Shown: positions 47,518 to 57,699, counted from the stretch's first letter. The stretch is DNA of 64,000 nucleotides from Candidatus Brocadiaceae bacterium (GCA_003551305.1 PUMJ01000293.1:304-64303); one strand, 5' to 3'. Numbers and translations are program-made. The notes: generated from the letters alone by a model not told the origin.

Positions 47518-48893
47518 TGATCCATGGCGCGCGCGTGAAGGCCCTCAACGACGCGAAGACGGTCCGCGGCCGGTACGTGCTCTACTGGATGCAACAGTCG
47601 CAGCGAGCGTGCTGCAACCACGCCCTGGAGTTCGCCGTTCGGCGCGGGGACGAGCTGGGGCTTCCTGTGCTGGTGGGCTTCGGCATCACACAACGCTATC
47701 CGGAGGGGAACGAGCGCCACTATGCCTTCATGCTTGAGGGGCTGCGCGAGACGGAGGCGAGGCTGGCCGAACGCGGTATGCAACTGGTGACGATGCTGAG
47801 TCCTCCGGTCCAGGCCGCCCTGGCACTGACCGGCGACGCTGCCGAGGTGGTGACGGACCGCGGCTACCTGGGATTCCAGCGGCGCTGGCGGCGGCGCGTG
47901 GCCCAGCGAGCCGGCTGCCGTGTGACCCGGGTCGAGAGTGACGCCGTGGTGCCCGTCGAGACGGCTTCAGGCAAAGAGGAATATGCCGCGCGCACCCTGC
48001 GCCCCCGTATCCAGGACCACCTGGACGAGTTCATGGTGCCGCTTGAGCAGACGTCGCCCCGGCGTGATTCTCTGCAGATGTGTTCTGGCTCGCTTAACCT
48101 CGCGCGTGTCGCCGTCCTCCTGGATGAGCTGAGGCTGAACCGCGGCGCCTCGCCGGTCTCGCTGTTCCGGGGCGGGGCGGCGGAGGCCGACCGATGGCTG
48201 GCGGACTTTATCCGCAATGACCTGGGGCATTACGCCGAGAGGCGCAGCGACCCCGCCGCTGAGTGCGTTTCGCACATGAGCCCCTACCTCCACTTCGGCC
48301 AGATATCGCCGCTGAAGGTGGCCCTGGCAGTGGATAGCGCGACGAGCGGGAGCAACGGGAACGTAGAGGCCTACCTCGAGGAGTTGATAGTGCGCCGCGA
48401 GCTGAGCCTGAACTACTGCCTTTACAATGCGCAATATGACTCGCTGGCCGGCCTGCCGCACTGGGCGCGAACGACGCTGGAAGAGCACGCCGGCGACCGG
48501 CGCCCGCACACCTATGACCTCCAGACCCTGGAACGGGCCGAAACGCACGACCCGTGGTGGAATGCCGCTCAGCGTGAGATGATGCTGCGGGGGAAGATGC
48601 ACAACTACATGCGCATGTACTGGGGCAAGAAGATACTGGAGTGGATGCCTGACCCGGACGAAGCTTTCCGCGCCGCCCTCATGCTGAACAACCGTTATGA
48701 ACTGGACGGACGAGACCCCAACTCCTTCGCCGGAGTAGCCTGGTGTTTCGGCAAACACGACAGGGCCTGGTCGGAAAGGCCCGTTTTCGGCAAAGTGCGC
48801 TACATGAGCGCGGCGGGGCTTGAGAGGAAATTCGACATGGAGTCCTACGTCCGAAGAGTGGACGGTCTGGACCGAGACAGGCAGGAGCAATGA
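47514..48893 (+). CDS. phr: class II CPD deoxyribodipyrimidine photolyase
   Basis: ATGA overlap with the upstream gene. RYVLYWMQQSQRACCNHALEFA, and C-terminal MHNYMRMYWGKKILEW...GRDPNSFAGVAWCFGKHDRAW. Confidence 0.88.
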   Translation: MMIHGARVKALNDAKTVRGRYVLYWMQQSQRACCNHALEFAVRRGDELGLPVLVGFGITQRYPEGNERHYAFMLEGLRETEARLAERGMQLVTMLSPPVQAALALTGDAAEVVTDRGYLGFQRRWRRRVAQRAGCRVTRVESDAVVPVETASGKEEYAARTLRPRIQDHLDEFMVPLEQTSPRRDSLQMCSGSLNLARVAVLLDELRLNRGASPVSLFRGGAAEADRWLADFIRNDLGHYAERRSDPAAECVSHMSPYLHFGQISPLKVALAVDSATSGSNGNVEAYLEELIVRRELSLNYCLYNAQYDSLAGLPHWARTTLEEHAGDRRPHTYDLQTLERAETHDPWWNAAQREMMLRGKMHNYMRMYWGKKILEWMPDPDEAFRAALMLNNRYELDGRDPNSFAGVAWCFGKHDRAWSERPVFGKVRYMSAAGLERKFDMESYVRRVDGLDRDRQEQ

Positions 48894-49867
48894 TGAGCGA
48901 AACTGCAGAGGATCAGGCGTTGCAGCGGCCCACGGTCGGCATCAGCACGTGCCTGCTGGGAGAGAATGTTCGCTACGACGGCGGGCATAAGCGCGACCGT
49001 TTCCTGACGGACACCTTCGGCCAGTTTGTGGAGTGGGTGCCGGTCTGCCCGGAAGTAGAGTGCGGCCTGCCGGTCCCGCGAGAGGCGATGCGACTGGTGG
49101 GCGATCCGAGCAATCCCCGATTGGTCACATCCCGCAGCGGCCGGGACATGACAAGCCGGATGCAGCAGTGGGCCACCGGGCGGTTGGACGAACTGGAAGA
49201 GGCGGACCTGCACGGATTCATCTTCAAGAGCGGCTCCCCGAGCTCCGGTATGGCCAGAGTGCGCGTGTATGATGAGAACGACGTGCCGCAGCGCGTGGGC
49301 GCGGGTATCTTCGCCCGGGCGTTCATGGAGCGCTTTCCCCTCCTGCCGGTCGAGGAGGACGGACGGCTCCACGACATGCGGCTGCGGGAGAACTTCATCG
49401 AGCGTGTCTTCTGCCTGGCCCGCTACCGGGGGTTCCTGCGCGCTGACGGCAGCGTCGGCGGGTTGGTGGAGTTCCATGCCCGCCACAAGCTGCAGCTCAT
49501 GGCGCACAGCCCCGCGTACCTGAAGGAGATGGGGCAGATGGTGGCCCACGCGCGAAACCTGAAGCCGGACGAACTGCTCGGTCGGTATGAGAAGCTGCTT
49601 ATGAAGGCGCTGGGCCAGATGGCGACCGTGCCGCGCCACGTGAACGCCTTGCAGCACATGATGGGCTACTTCCGCGACGAGCTGTCCGCCGACGAGAAGC
49701 AGGAACTGCTCGAAGTCATCGGCGGGTATCGGCGCGAACTGCTGCCTCTCATCGTGCCCGTCACGCTGATGCGCCACTACGTGCGCAAGTATGACCAGCC
49801 GTATCTGCGGGGGCAGAGCTACCTGAACCCGCATCCGTCGGAGCTGAAACTGCGGAACCACGCGTGA
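48890..49867 (+). CDS. DUF523 (TudS-like Fe-S thiouracil desulfidase) + DUF1722 fusion, YbgA-like
   Basis: ATGA overlap with phr. VGISTCLLGENVRYDGGHK...CPEVECGLPVPREAMRL (DUF523 Cys pattern). The C-terminal half resembles E. coli YbgA. Confidence 0.85.
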   Translation: MMSETAEDQALQRPTVGISTCLLGENVRYDGGHKRDRFLTDTFGQFVEWVPVCPEVECGLPVPREAMRLVGDPSNPRLVTSRSGRDMTSRMQQWATGRLDELEEADLHGFIFKSGSPSSGMARVRVYDENDVPQRVGAGIFARAFMERFPLLPVEEDGRLHDMRLRENFIERVFCLARYRGFLRADGSVGGLVEFHARHKLQLMAHSPAYLKEMGQMVAHARNLKPDELLGRYEKLLMKALGQMATVPRHVNALQHMMGYFRDELSADEKQELLEVIGGYRRELLPLIVPVTLMRHYVRKYDQPYLRGQSYLNPHPSELKLRNHA

Positions 49868-49909
49868 ATCACATCGTTTGCCGGACTTTCTTCAGGAAAG
49901 GGACGCACC

Positions 49910-50374
49910 ATGGCACAACTGGAAGAAGGGGACCGGGCGCCGGATTTCGCCCTGAAGGACCAAAACGGCGAGACAGTGAAGCTCTCCGATTACGCGGGCA
50001 AGAAGGTCCTTGTGTACTTCTACCCGAAAGCCGGCACCCCTGGCTGCACAAAACAGGCGTGCGCCGTGCGGGACGCACGAGCCGACCTGTCGGGCCTTGG
50101 CGTGGAGGCCGTCGGCATCAGCCCTGACCCGGGGGGCAAACTGCAGCAGTTCGACAGCAAGAACTCCCTCGGTTTCACGCTCCTTTCCGACGAAGACCAT
50201 GCCGTCGCGGAGCAATGGGGAGCCTGGGGTGAGAAGTCCATGTTCGGCAAGAAGTACGAAGGCGTCATCCGCTCCGCCTTCCTGGTGGACGAAGAAGGCG
50301 CCATCATCAAGGCGTTCTACAAGATAAGCCCCAGGAAAACTGTGCCGAGCGCCCTGACGGCCCTGGGCAGATGA
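49910..50374 (+). CDS. bcp: thiol peroxidase Bcp (peroxiredoxin)
   Basis: GDRAPDFALKDQNGETVKLSDYAGKKVLVYFYPKAGTPGCTKQAC. Confidence 0.9.
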   Translation: MAQLEEGDRAPDFALKDQNGETVKLSDYAGKKVLVYFYPKAGTPGCTKQACAVRDARADLSGLGVEAVGISPDPGGKLQQFDSKNSLGFTLLSDEDHAVAEQWGAWGEKSMFGKKYEGVIRSAFLVDEEGAIIKAFYKISPRKTVPSALTALGR

Positions 50375-50490
50375 GAGGCCAACCCGCCCTGCTCTGCTCG
50401 AAACAGGCTCAGCTAAAGCGACAGCCTTTGCACGCCCGGCGACAGGCGCAGCCGAATGGAACGGATGAACCGGCGACCCGCCCGGCCCAC

Positions 50491-50519
50491 TTGACAAGCG
50501 CGTCGGGTTTTGCCATAGT
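50491..50519 (+). promoter_or_regulatory. sigma-70-like promoter candidate
   Basis: TTGACA, 17 nt, CATAGT, about 45 nt upstream of the ATG at 50564. Confidence 0.4.
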
Positions 50520-50563
50520 ACGTTTCTCTCCTGAGCGTTACTCGCGGCAGACAGGTAACACCC

Positions 50564-51007
50564 ATGGCTGACCAGGCCAATCTTCCCGGCTTCCGGGCGA
50601 AGCGCAAGATTCTCTTCAGTGATCGGACCTCCGACGAGAAGATGCGCGCCACCGGGGAACAGTTCATGGAAGCGGAGCGGTACGACGACGCCCTCGAGTT
50701 CTTCGACCGCTGCGAGGCAGACGACCTGGTCCGCGAGATCGCTCGCCGCGCCATGGAAGCCGGCAACACTCCGCTCTACATGCGGGCCAAGCGCGTGTTG
50801 GACGAGGAGATAAGCGAGGACGAGTGGAACGCGCTCGCCGAGCATGCCGAGAGCGCCCGGCTCTACACCGCGGCGTACCTGGCCCACAAACAGGCGGGAC
50901 ACGAGGAAGAGGCAGCGCGGTTGAGGGCCCTGATGCCCGGCGTCAAACCGGAGGACGAAGCGCTCGAGGAGGCGGACGAGGAAGGCGGCCAGTCCGAGGA
51001 GTCTTGA
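50564..51007 (+). CDS. hypothetical acidic helical protein
   Basis: ATG start downstream of its own promoter candidate. Helical, TPR-like composition. No family recognised. Confidence 0.6.
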   Translation: MADQANLPGFRAKRKILFSDRTSDEKMRATGEQFMEAERYDDALEFFDRCEADDLVREIARRAMEAGNTPLYMRAKRVLDEEISEDEWNALAEHAESARLYTAAYLAHKQAGHEEEAARLRALMPGVKPEDEALEEADEEGGQSEES

Positions 51008-51121
51008 CCGCCCTGCCATGAACCAGAGGCAGGGCCGAACGCACTAAGTGCTTCTGGCGGGATGTGCCCGGGGGCACTCCCCCCCTGCCCCGCGCAGACA
51101 CACAGTCAGGAGAACTGCAGG

Positions 51122-52087
51122 GTGCTGGTTGAAGCCGAAAACCTGACCCGATACTACGGCAGCTTCCTGGCTGTTGACGGCATCAGCTTCTCGATAGGCC
51201 GTGGGGAGGTCGTCGGACTGCTCGGCCCCAACGGCGCCGGCAAGACGACCACGATCCGCATGCTGACGGGCTTCCTGCCCGCCAGCGACGGCACCGCCCG
51301 CATAGCAGGTTGCGACGTGCGGGAGAATGCCATCGAAGTGCGACGCCACATCGGCTACATGCCGGAGAATAACCCCCTCTACCCCGAGATGCGCACCCGG
51401 GAGTATCTGGCCTTCCGGGCGAACCTGAAGGGCGTGCCCCGCCGGAGGCGACGCAGCCGCATCGAGGAGTGCATCCGGCTGTGCAGCATCGAGGAGGTGG
51501 CCGGCCAGATCATCGGCACCCTCTCGAAAGGCTACCGCCAGCGCGTGGGGCTGGCCGACGCGATGCTGGCCGAGCCGGACGTGCTCATCCTGGACGAGCC
51601 GACCATCGGGCTCGACCCGAACCAGATCCGCGAAGTGCGCCGCCTGATCGGCAACCTGAGCGAGCGGCACACCGTCCTGATCTCGACTCACATCCTCGCC
51701 GAGGCGGAGGCCGTCTGCCGCCGGGTGCTCATCATTGACGACGGCCGCATCGTGGCGGACGACACCCCCGCCGCGCTGTCGGAACGCCTGCTGCACGGGG
51801 CGGTTACGGTGGAGCTGAAGGGCGACCCGCAGCAGATACGGGCCGAGTTGTGCCGGCTGGACGGCGTGCGGAGCGTCCACCTGGCCGACTCTACCGGGTG
51901 GCACACCGCCAGCGTGACCCCCGAGACCGGGGCGGACGTGCGGGAAGCCATCTTTCGGGCGGCGGCGCGCAACGGCTGGCGCCTTCGCGAGCTGACCCGC
52001 TCCCGCGCCTCACTGGAGGATGTTTTCCACCGCATCACTTTGGGGCGCCCCGAGGCGGAACCGGCCGTGGCCGCGCAGGAGAATTGA
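51122..52087 (+). CDS. ABC transporter ATP-binding protein (ABC-2/GldA-like)
   Basis: GTG at 51122 with AGGAG 9 nt upstream. Walker A GPNGAGKTT, signature LSKGYRQR and Walker B LILDEP. Confidence 0.9.
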   Translation: MLVEAENLTRYYGSFLAVDGISFSIGRGEVVGLLGPNGAGKTTTIRMLTGFLPASDGTARIAGCDVRENAIEVRRHIGYMPENNPLYPEMRTREYLAFRANLKGVPRRRRRSRIEECIRLCSIEEVAGQIIGTLSKGYRQRVGLADAMLAEPDVLILDEPTIGLDPNQIREVRRLIGNLSERHTVLISTHILAEAEAVCRRVLIIDDGRIVADDTPAALSERLLHGAVTVELKGDPQQIRAELCRLDGVRSVHLADSTGWHTASVTPETGADVREAIFRAAARNGWRLRELTRSRASLEDVFHRITLGRPEAEPAVAAQEN

Positions 52088-52089
52088 TC

Positions 52090-52968
52090 ATGGGCCGAAC
52101 GGTCAGCGCCGACACCGGGCAGGAAGCCGCTCAGGTGGAATCGCTCTGCTGGGAGGCCCTGGGCCGAAATGCGCCGGCTGCGGCTTTCGGCCGCAGTCTC
52201 CGCGATCTTCTGCTGCGCCCGGCGGACTTCTTCCGGCGCATGGCGCTCGACGGCGGCCTGCACGAGCCGCTCACCTTCTTCGCCATCTGCCTGGGGGCGC
52301 TGCTGGTGCTGGCGTTCCCGGCCTCGCTGGCCTACTTCGCCCTGACGGCCCCCCCGCCGGGGACGGTGCCCGTGGAGGTGTACCAGTGGCACACCCTGCC
52401 GCCCCGCGTGACGGGCCTGATGCTGGTGCTCCTACCGCTGGTGCTGGTGCTGGCCCAGGCGGCAATGGTCGCTGTGGGCAGCGTCGTCCGGCTGCCCGGA
52501 CGCCTCTTCGGCGTCAGCCCCTGGGAAGGGACGGTGAGCGTGTGGCTCTACGCGGCCAGCGCCGCGCTGGCGCCGCTCGTGGCGGCCACGGCGGCGCTCC
52601 TGGTGGTTGCGCTGGGCGGCTGGCTCGTCAGCGCAACCCTGCCCGAGACGGGGGCCGGGCCGGTGGCGGCGGCCCGGTGGTGCGCGCGGGTCCTGCTGCC
52701 CCTCGGAATGCTGGTCGGGCTGGCGGAGCTGGCGCGTAACGTGATTGTCGGCTGGCGCGAGGCGCTGGCGCCGGACCCGACCGTGGCGCTCTCGGCCGCC
52801 CTGGCCGGCCTGCTCTTCCTCGCCCTCTTGCTGGCGGGTGCAACCGTGGCGTTCCACCTCGGGGGCTTCCGGGGTGGAGTCATCGCGCTGGGGGCTGTCG
52901 CCCTCGTGATGGTCCTTATCACGATGCTCAGTTTCGCGAAGGCGCGCCGAACGCAGGGGAGTATCTGA
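52090..52968 (+). CDS. polytopic membrane protein (Yip1-like)
   Basis: About six hydrophobic segments, and an N-terminal LLRPADFFRRM...EPLTFF motif reminiscent of Yip1-domain proteins (weak). Sits between the ATPase and the permease. Confidence 0.65.
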   Translation: MGRTVSADTGQEAAQVESLCWEALGRNAPAAAFGRSLRDLLLRPADFFRRMALDGGLHEPLTFFAICLGALLVLAFPASLAYFALTAPPPGTVPVEVYQWHTLPPRVTGLMLVLLPLVLVLAQAAMVAVGSVVRLPGRLFGVSPWEGTVSVWLYAASAALAPLVAATAALLVVALGGWLVSATLPETGAGPVAAARWCARVLLPLGMLVGLAELARNVIVGWREALAPDPTVALSAALAGLLFLALLLAGATVAFHLGGFRGGVIALGAVALVMVLITMLSFAKARRTQGSI

Positions 52969-52971
52969 ATC

Positions 52972-53688
52972 ATGGTCAACATCCCCGTCATCACCAGGCG
53001 CGAGCTGTCCAGCTACTTCCTCTCGCCGATGGCCTACGTGGTGCTGACCGGCTTCGCCCTGTCCCACGGCATCCTGTTCAGCCTGGGCATAGGCTCGCGC
53101 ATCGAGCCCAACATGCAGGCCTACTACGCCTTCTACATCACGCTGTTTTTGCTGATTCTGGCGGCGCCGGTGCTGACGATGCGGCTGGTGAGCGAGGAGA
53201 CCAACCAGGGCACCATCGAGACACTGATGACCACACCGGTGACGGAACTGGAGGTCGTGATCGGCAAGTTCATGGGCGCGCTGGTGTTCGCGGCGGTCAT
53301 GTTCCTGCCCATCGTCGTGCAGGTGGTCTACCTGCGGTTCCTGGGGCCGGTGGATGTCGGGCCGGTGCTGGCGGGCTTCCTGGGGCTGTTCCTGCTGACG
53401 GGGCAGCTTCTGGCCATCGGCCTGCTGTGTTCCGCCCTGACGCGCGTACAGATAGCGTCCGCCATCATCAGCTTCGCCATCCTCATCGGGCTTTACTTCA
53501 TGTGGTATTTGGGTCAGGGTTCGCCGGGGATGGGTGCGGCGGTGCTGCGGTACCTTTCCCCGCCGTGGCACTACGTTAACTTTGCCAAAGGCGTGGTGGA
53601 CACCCGCGACGTGGCTTATTTCGTGATAACGACCGGCCTGTTCCTGTTTCTGACGGTCCGGGCCCTGCAACTGCGGAAGTGGAGGTGA
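52972..53688 (+). CDS. ABC-2 type transporter permease (GldF-like)
   Basis: ITRRELSSYFLSPMAYVVLTGF N-terminus and six TM segments. EETNQGTIETLMTTPV motif. Confidence 0.85.
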   Translation: MVNIPVITRRELSSYFLSPMAYVVLTGFALSHGILFSLGIGSRIEPNMQAYYAFYITLFLLILAAPVLTMRLVSEETNQGTIETLMTTPVTELEVVIGKFMGALVFAAVMFLPIVVQVVYLRFLGPVDVGPVLAGFLGLFLLTGQLLAIGLLCSALTRVQIASAIISFAILIGLYFMWYLGQGSPGMGAAVLRYLSPPWHYVNFAKGVVDTRDVAYFVITTGLFLFLTVRALQLRKWR

Positions 53689-53693
53689 ACTCC

Positions 53694-55439
53694 ATGGAGA
53701 CGCGAGCCGGAGAGCGCCGCCGCACGCTGCTGCGCGCCGCCATGGTGCTGGGACTTGCCCTGCTGCTGGCGGGCTTTATGGTGAGGGACGTGCGCGCGCG
53801 GGCCTTTGTGGAGACCGACTACATAGCCCGGGCACTCTGGGCAGCCGGCGGGCTGCTGGCGGCCGGGAGCCTGGCGCTGGACTGGCGGCGCGTGCTGGCC
53901 CTGCTGCGCGGGCGCCGCACCGCCGAGGGGGTCAACTTCGTGTTCGTCGCCGTGCTGGGCGTCGTGCTCGCCGCCCTGCTCTGCTACATCACCACCCGCC
54001 GCTACGCCCGCCTGGACTGGACGCGCGCGGGACGGTTCGGGCTCCATAGCCAGACCGAGAGCATACTGGCCGCCCTGGAGCAGGACGTGCACGTGGTGAC
54101 GCTCTACCGTAGCGATGACTCATACGACATGGCCGTGGTCGGGTACGCCGGAGACATGCTGGAGGAGATGAAGGCCCGCTCGCCGCACATCAGCACAGAG
54201 GAGATGGACCTGACCCTCGCCGCCACGCAATCCCGCATCAACCGGCTGCTGGCCCAATTGGGGGTCTCGGACCTGGCCGTGCCCGCGGTCGTTTTTGTCG
54301 CCGGTGACCGCCACGAGACCATCACGTTCGACCGCATAGCCACCAGTTCGCGCGGGTCGGTGGAGATGCCGGACGTGTTCCTGGGTGAGGACGCCTTCGC
54401 CGGCGCCCTCAAGCGCCTGACGGCCGGCGAGGGGGCCGTGGTCTACGCCCTGACCGGTCACGGACAGCGGCAGCTCAAGGTTGAGGACCGAGCCGGGGGG
54501 CCGCCGCAGGCGGCCGGGGCGGGCGCGGGCCCGGCCCGTTCGCTCTCCCGCGTGGCGAGCGCGCTCGAACACGACAACTACGAGGTCAGGGTCCTGGACC
54601 TGGCCGCCGAGGGCAGAGTGCCCGAGGACTGCGACGTCCTGGTGGTGGCCGGCGCCCGAGCGAGGCTCGCCGAGAGCGAACTGCGCGCCATTAGTCGCTA
54701 CCTGGACGAGCAGGAGGGATCGCTCATCCTCATGCTCGAGTCGCCCTTCGGCGTCGCCGTGGACACAAACGTGACTGAGTTGCTGGCCGACTACGGCATC
54801 CGAGCCCGCGAAGACGCCGTAGGCGTGACCAGGATGCAGGGTCTGCTGGGCCAGACGGTGACGGAAAAGACCGTGCCGGTGCCGGGGGAGAGGCTGCCGG
54901 ACCACCCCGCCGTGGCCGGCCTGGACGGCTTCAGGCTCTGGCTCGAGATGGCGGTGCCCCTGGAGATAACGGCCGAGCAGCCGGCGCCGGGCCTGAGCAC
55001 GCGCCCCTTGCTGACGGGCGTCGAATCGAGCTGGGGCGCCACCGGCATCGAGCCCGGCTCCCAGCAGGCCATCGAGTACAATCCCGCCGCCGACCTGCCG
55101 CCGGGCGTCATCGTGGGCGCCGTGGTCGAGCCGACCGCGGGGGGCGGCATGGCTCAGGAGGCGCCCGAGGGGCCGAAGATCCTCGTGCTGGGCAGCACCG
55201 GCGCCTTCGCCAATACCACCGTTGACCAGCACAGGGCCAACCTCTACCTGCTGAGCAACGCCGTCAACTGGATGGCCGGCAGGACGCACCTGCTCGGCAT
55301 TCCGCCCCGGAGTATGGACATGCACATCGTCTCCGTCTCCCCGAGCCAGGTGCTGGCCGCCCGCTACGTCTTCATCGGCGTGCTGCCCGCCCTGTTCATC
55401 GCCGCGGGCGCCCTCGTCTGGCTTGTGCGGCGCAGATAA
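53694..55439 (+). CDS. GldG-like ABC-transport auxiliary protein
   Basis: ATG at 53694 with GGAGG 8 nt upstream. N- and C-terminal TM anchors, and its position after a GldF-like permease. Confidence 0.8.
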   Translation: METRAGERRRTLLRAAMVLGLALLLAGFMVRDVRARAFVETDYIARALWAAGGLLAAGSLALDWRRVLALLRGRRTAEGVNFVFVAVLGVVLAALLCYITTRRYARLDWTRAGRFGLHSQTESILAALEQDVHVVTLYRSDDSYDMAVVGYAGDMLEEMKARSPHISTEEMDLTLAATQSRINRLLAQLGVSDLAVPAVVFVAGDRHETITFDRIATSSRGSVEMPDVFLGEDAFAGALKRLTAGEGAVVYALTGHGQRQLKVEDRAGGPPQAAGAGAGPARSLSRVASALEHDNYEVRVLDLAAEGRVPEDCDVLVVAGARARLAESELRAISRYLDEQEGSLILMLESPFGVAVDTNVTELLADYGIRAREDAVGVTRMQGLLGQTVTEKTVPVPGERLPDHPAVAGLDGFRLWLEMAVPLEITAEQPAPGLSTRPLLTGVESSWGATGIEPGSQQAIEYNPAADLPPGVIVGAVVEPTAGGGMAQEAPEGPKILVLGSTGAFANTTVDQHRANLYLLSNAVNWMAGRTHLLGIPPRSMDMHIVSVSPSQVLAARYVFIGVLPALFIAAGALVWLVRRR

Positions 55440-55458
55440 GAGTACGCGAGCCGACGCC

Positions 55459-57699
55459 ATGAAGCGCTACAAAGGCACAATCGTCCTGCTGGCTGCGGTG
55501 CTCGTCGCGGCGCTCATCGCCTACGCCCTCTCCAGGCAGCCAACCACCGAGGAACTGCGGGAGCAGCGTGCCCGCCTGCTCCCCGACCTCGCCGCCGACA
55601 GCGTCACCAGGCTGGCCATCGCCGACGGCGAGCGGCGCGTCGTCTGCGAACGGACAGACGAAGGCTGGCTCATCACGCATCCCGCCCGCGCCCGCGCGGA
55701 CGACTGGGCCGTCGAGGAGATACTGGAGCGCCTGCAGGCCGCCCGCACGCAGTGGACGATATCCCCCGACGACGAGCCGGATGTCTCCCCGGCCGACTAC
55801 GGGCTTGACCCTCCCGCGCGGACCGTCGAGGTGACGGTCGGCGAACCCCGCGAGCGGACCTGGACGCTCCTGGTGGGCACCCCCACGGGTGCCGCCGACG
55901 CCCTCTGGGTGCAGGTCAAGGGGCAGAGGCGCGTTGTCGCGGTGAGTCGGCACGCCCTCGCCCCCACGGACACCACCGTCGCCGACCTGCGGAGCCGCTC
56001 GCTGGCGCCCCGCATCAGCACGTCCGAACTGGCCGCCCTGACCGTAACCGGATACGACGCCGAGACGGGAGACCCCGTCACGGTCAGGTGCGAGCGTTCC
56101 GACGGCGTTTGGGAGGTGCGGGAGCCCTTCTTCGACCTCGCCGACGCCGACGCCGTGCACGGGCTTGCGCGCGCCATCTACGACCACAGCATCCCCGCAG
56201 AGGACTTCGTCGCGGACGACATCAACGCCGAGGACCCGGCGCAGCTTGCCCCGTTCGGCCTCGACCAGCCGGACGTGCTCGTGACCCTTGAAGCCCGGGG
56301 CGGGGGCCAGGAGTTCGCCTTCGCCAGGGTCCGGGCGGACGAAGAGACGACCCATTACGCCATGAATCGCGCCGAGGCATCGGTCACAAGGGTGCCGGAG
56401 GCTCTCTACAACGCCGTGCGGCTCGGACCGGGCGACCTGCGCAGCCCGGCGCTCGCTGACGTGCGGCCCAAGCGCGTCGAGGCCCTCACCATTGCCGGGC
56501 CGGACGGGGAGTTCACCCTGCGTCGGCGCGCCGAGGAATGGATCATAGACGGAACGCCCCCGGCAGAGGCCGACGCCTCCCGCGTGGACCACGCCCTGCG
56601 CGACCTGACGGGGGCGCGCGTGCGGGAGTTCGTCACCGACCGGGCCGACGACCTGGCCACGTACGGGCTGGGCGAGCACGAACGCATGACCGTCACCCTC
56701 CTGGACGAGCATGGCAGGACGCTGGCCTCGGTCGCCTTCGGCCGGCCGGGCGAGGAATACACCGTCCACGCCCGGCGGGCCGGTTATCCACCCGTGTTGC
56801 GCGTACCAAAGGACCGCTTCTTCGATCCCTTCCGGCGCGGCCGCCTCGCATTCCTGGAACGCGAGATACTCGCCGAGCCTCCCGAGCAGGCCGTGCGGGT
56901 AAGCCTGGAACATGAGGGGGGCCGGTTCGTCTGCGAGCGAGACTCCGCCGAAGCCGAGTGGCGCCTGCGCGAGCCCGTCTCCGGCCCGGCCGACCAGTGG
57001 GCCGCGCGGATGGTTGTCGAGACATTCGGCCGACTCCGGGTCGGGGCGTTTGTCGAGACAGACGCCGCGGACCTGGCGCCCTACGGACTGGACAAACCCG
57101 CTATCACCGCCACGGTCACCTACCTGGCGCCCGGGGCCGCGCCACCGGAGCGGACCCGCACCATGCTGATCGGCCGCGAGACGAGCGAACCCGCCCGCGG
57201 CAGCTTCGCGCGGCTGGAGGGAGACCCCCGCGTCTTCGTGCTGCCCGACTTCCGGGTTGACCAGTTCCGCGCCTGTCTGGCCTCCAGGACAATCTGCCGC
57301 GCCCCGGACCTGGCCGCCTTCGCCGTGCGCCGCCGCGACGATGAGGGCCGGTTTGTGCGTGACAGTCGTTCGGGCGACTGGTTCCACGCGGACGGCTCCG
57401 AGATAGACGAAGGCCTGGCGCTGATCGTGCAGGATATCGCGCGCCTGTTGGAGGAGTTCGAGGCCGAACGCGTAGCCGACTACGTCGAGCGAAGGCCGGC
57501 CCGCTACGGCTTCGACGAACCCTACCTGACCGTTGAGTTCGACACCGAGACCACGAGGGGCATGACCATCACCGTCGGCGAGCGGACCGAGGGAGGCCGT
57601 TATGTGAAAGGACCCGCGTCGGCCTTCGTCCTCGTGCTGAGGGACCAGCAGGTGGAAAGGCTCGGCCGCGTTCTTGCCCCGGCCGCGGATGGCCCGTAG
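55459..57699 (+). CDS. DUF4340-repeat protein
   Basis: N-terminal anchor MKRYKGTIVLLAAVLVAALIAY. Repeated Y/FGLD.P modules: DYGLDPP, PFGLDQP, TYGLGEH, PYGLDKP and RYGFDEP. Canonical position after gldG. Confidence 0.75.
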   Translation: MKRYKGTIVLLAAVLVAALIAYALSRQPTTEELREQRARLLPDLAADSVTRLAIADGERRVVCERTDEGWLITHPARARADDWAVEEILERLQAARTQWTISPDDEPDVSPADYGLDPPARTVEVTVGEPRERTWTLLVGTPTGAADALWVQVKGQRRVVAVSRHALAPTDTTVADLRSRSLAPRISTSELAALTVTGYDAETGDPVTVRCERSDGVWEVREPFFDLADADAVHGLARAIYDHSIPAEDFVADDINAEDPAQLAPFGLDQPDVLVTLEARGGGQEFAFARVRADEETTHYAMNRAEASVTRVPEALYNAVRLGPGDLRSPALADVRPKRVEALTIAGPDGEFTLRRRAEEWIIDGTPPAEADASRVDHALRDLTGARVREFVTDRADDLATYGLGEHERMTVTLLDEHGRTLASVAFGRPGEEYTVHARRAGYPPVLRVPKDRFFDPFRRGRLAFLEREILAEPPEQAVRVSLEHEGGRFVCERDSAEAEWRLREPVSGPADQWAARMVVETFGRLRVGAFVETDAADLAPYGLDKPAITATVTYLAPGAAPPERTRTMLIGRETSEPARGSFARLEGDPRVFVLPDFRVDQFRACLASRTICRAPDLAAFAVRRRDDEGRFVRDSRSGDWFHADGSEIDEGLALIVQDIARLLEEFEAERVADYVERRPARYGFDEPYLTVEFDTETTRGMTITVGERTEGGRYVKGPASAFVLVLRDQQVERLGRVLAPAADGP

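Noticed and set aside
51010-51035. GC hairpin GCCCTGCC-N10-GGCAGGGC after the 50564..51007 gene as a terminator.
   Set aside because: No U-tract follows. It may still pause or terminate transcription, but I cannot support calling it an intrinsic terminator.
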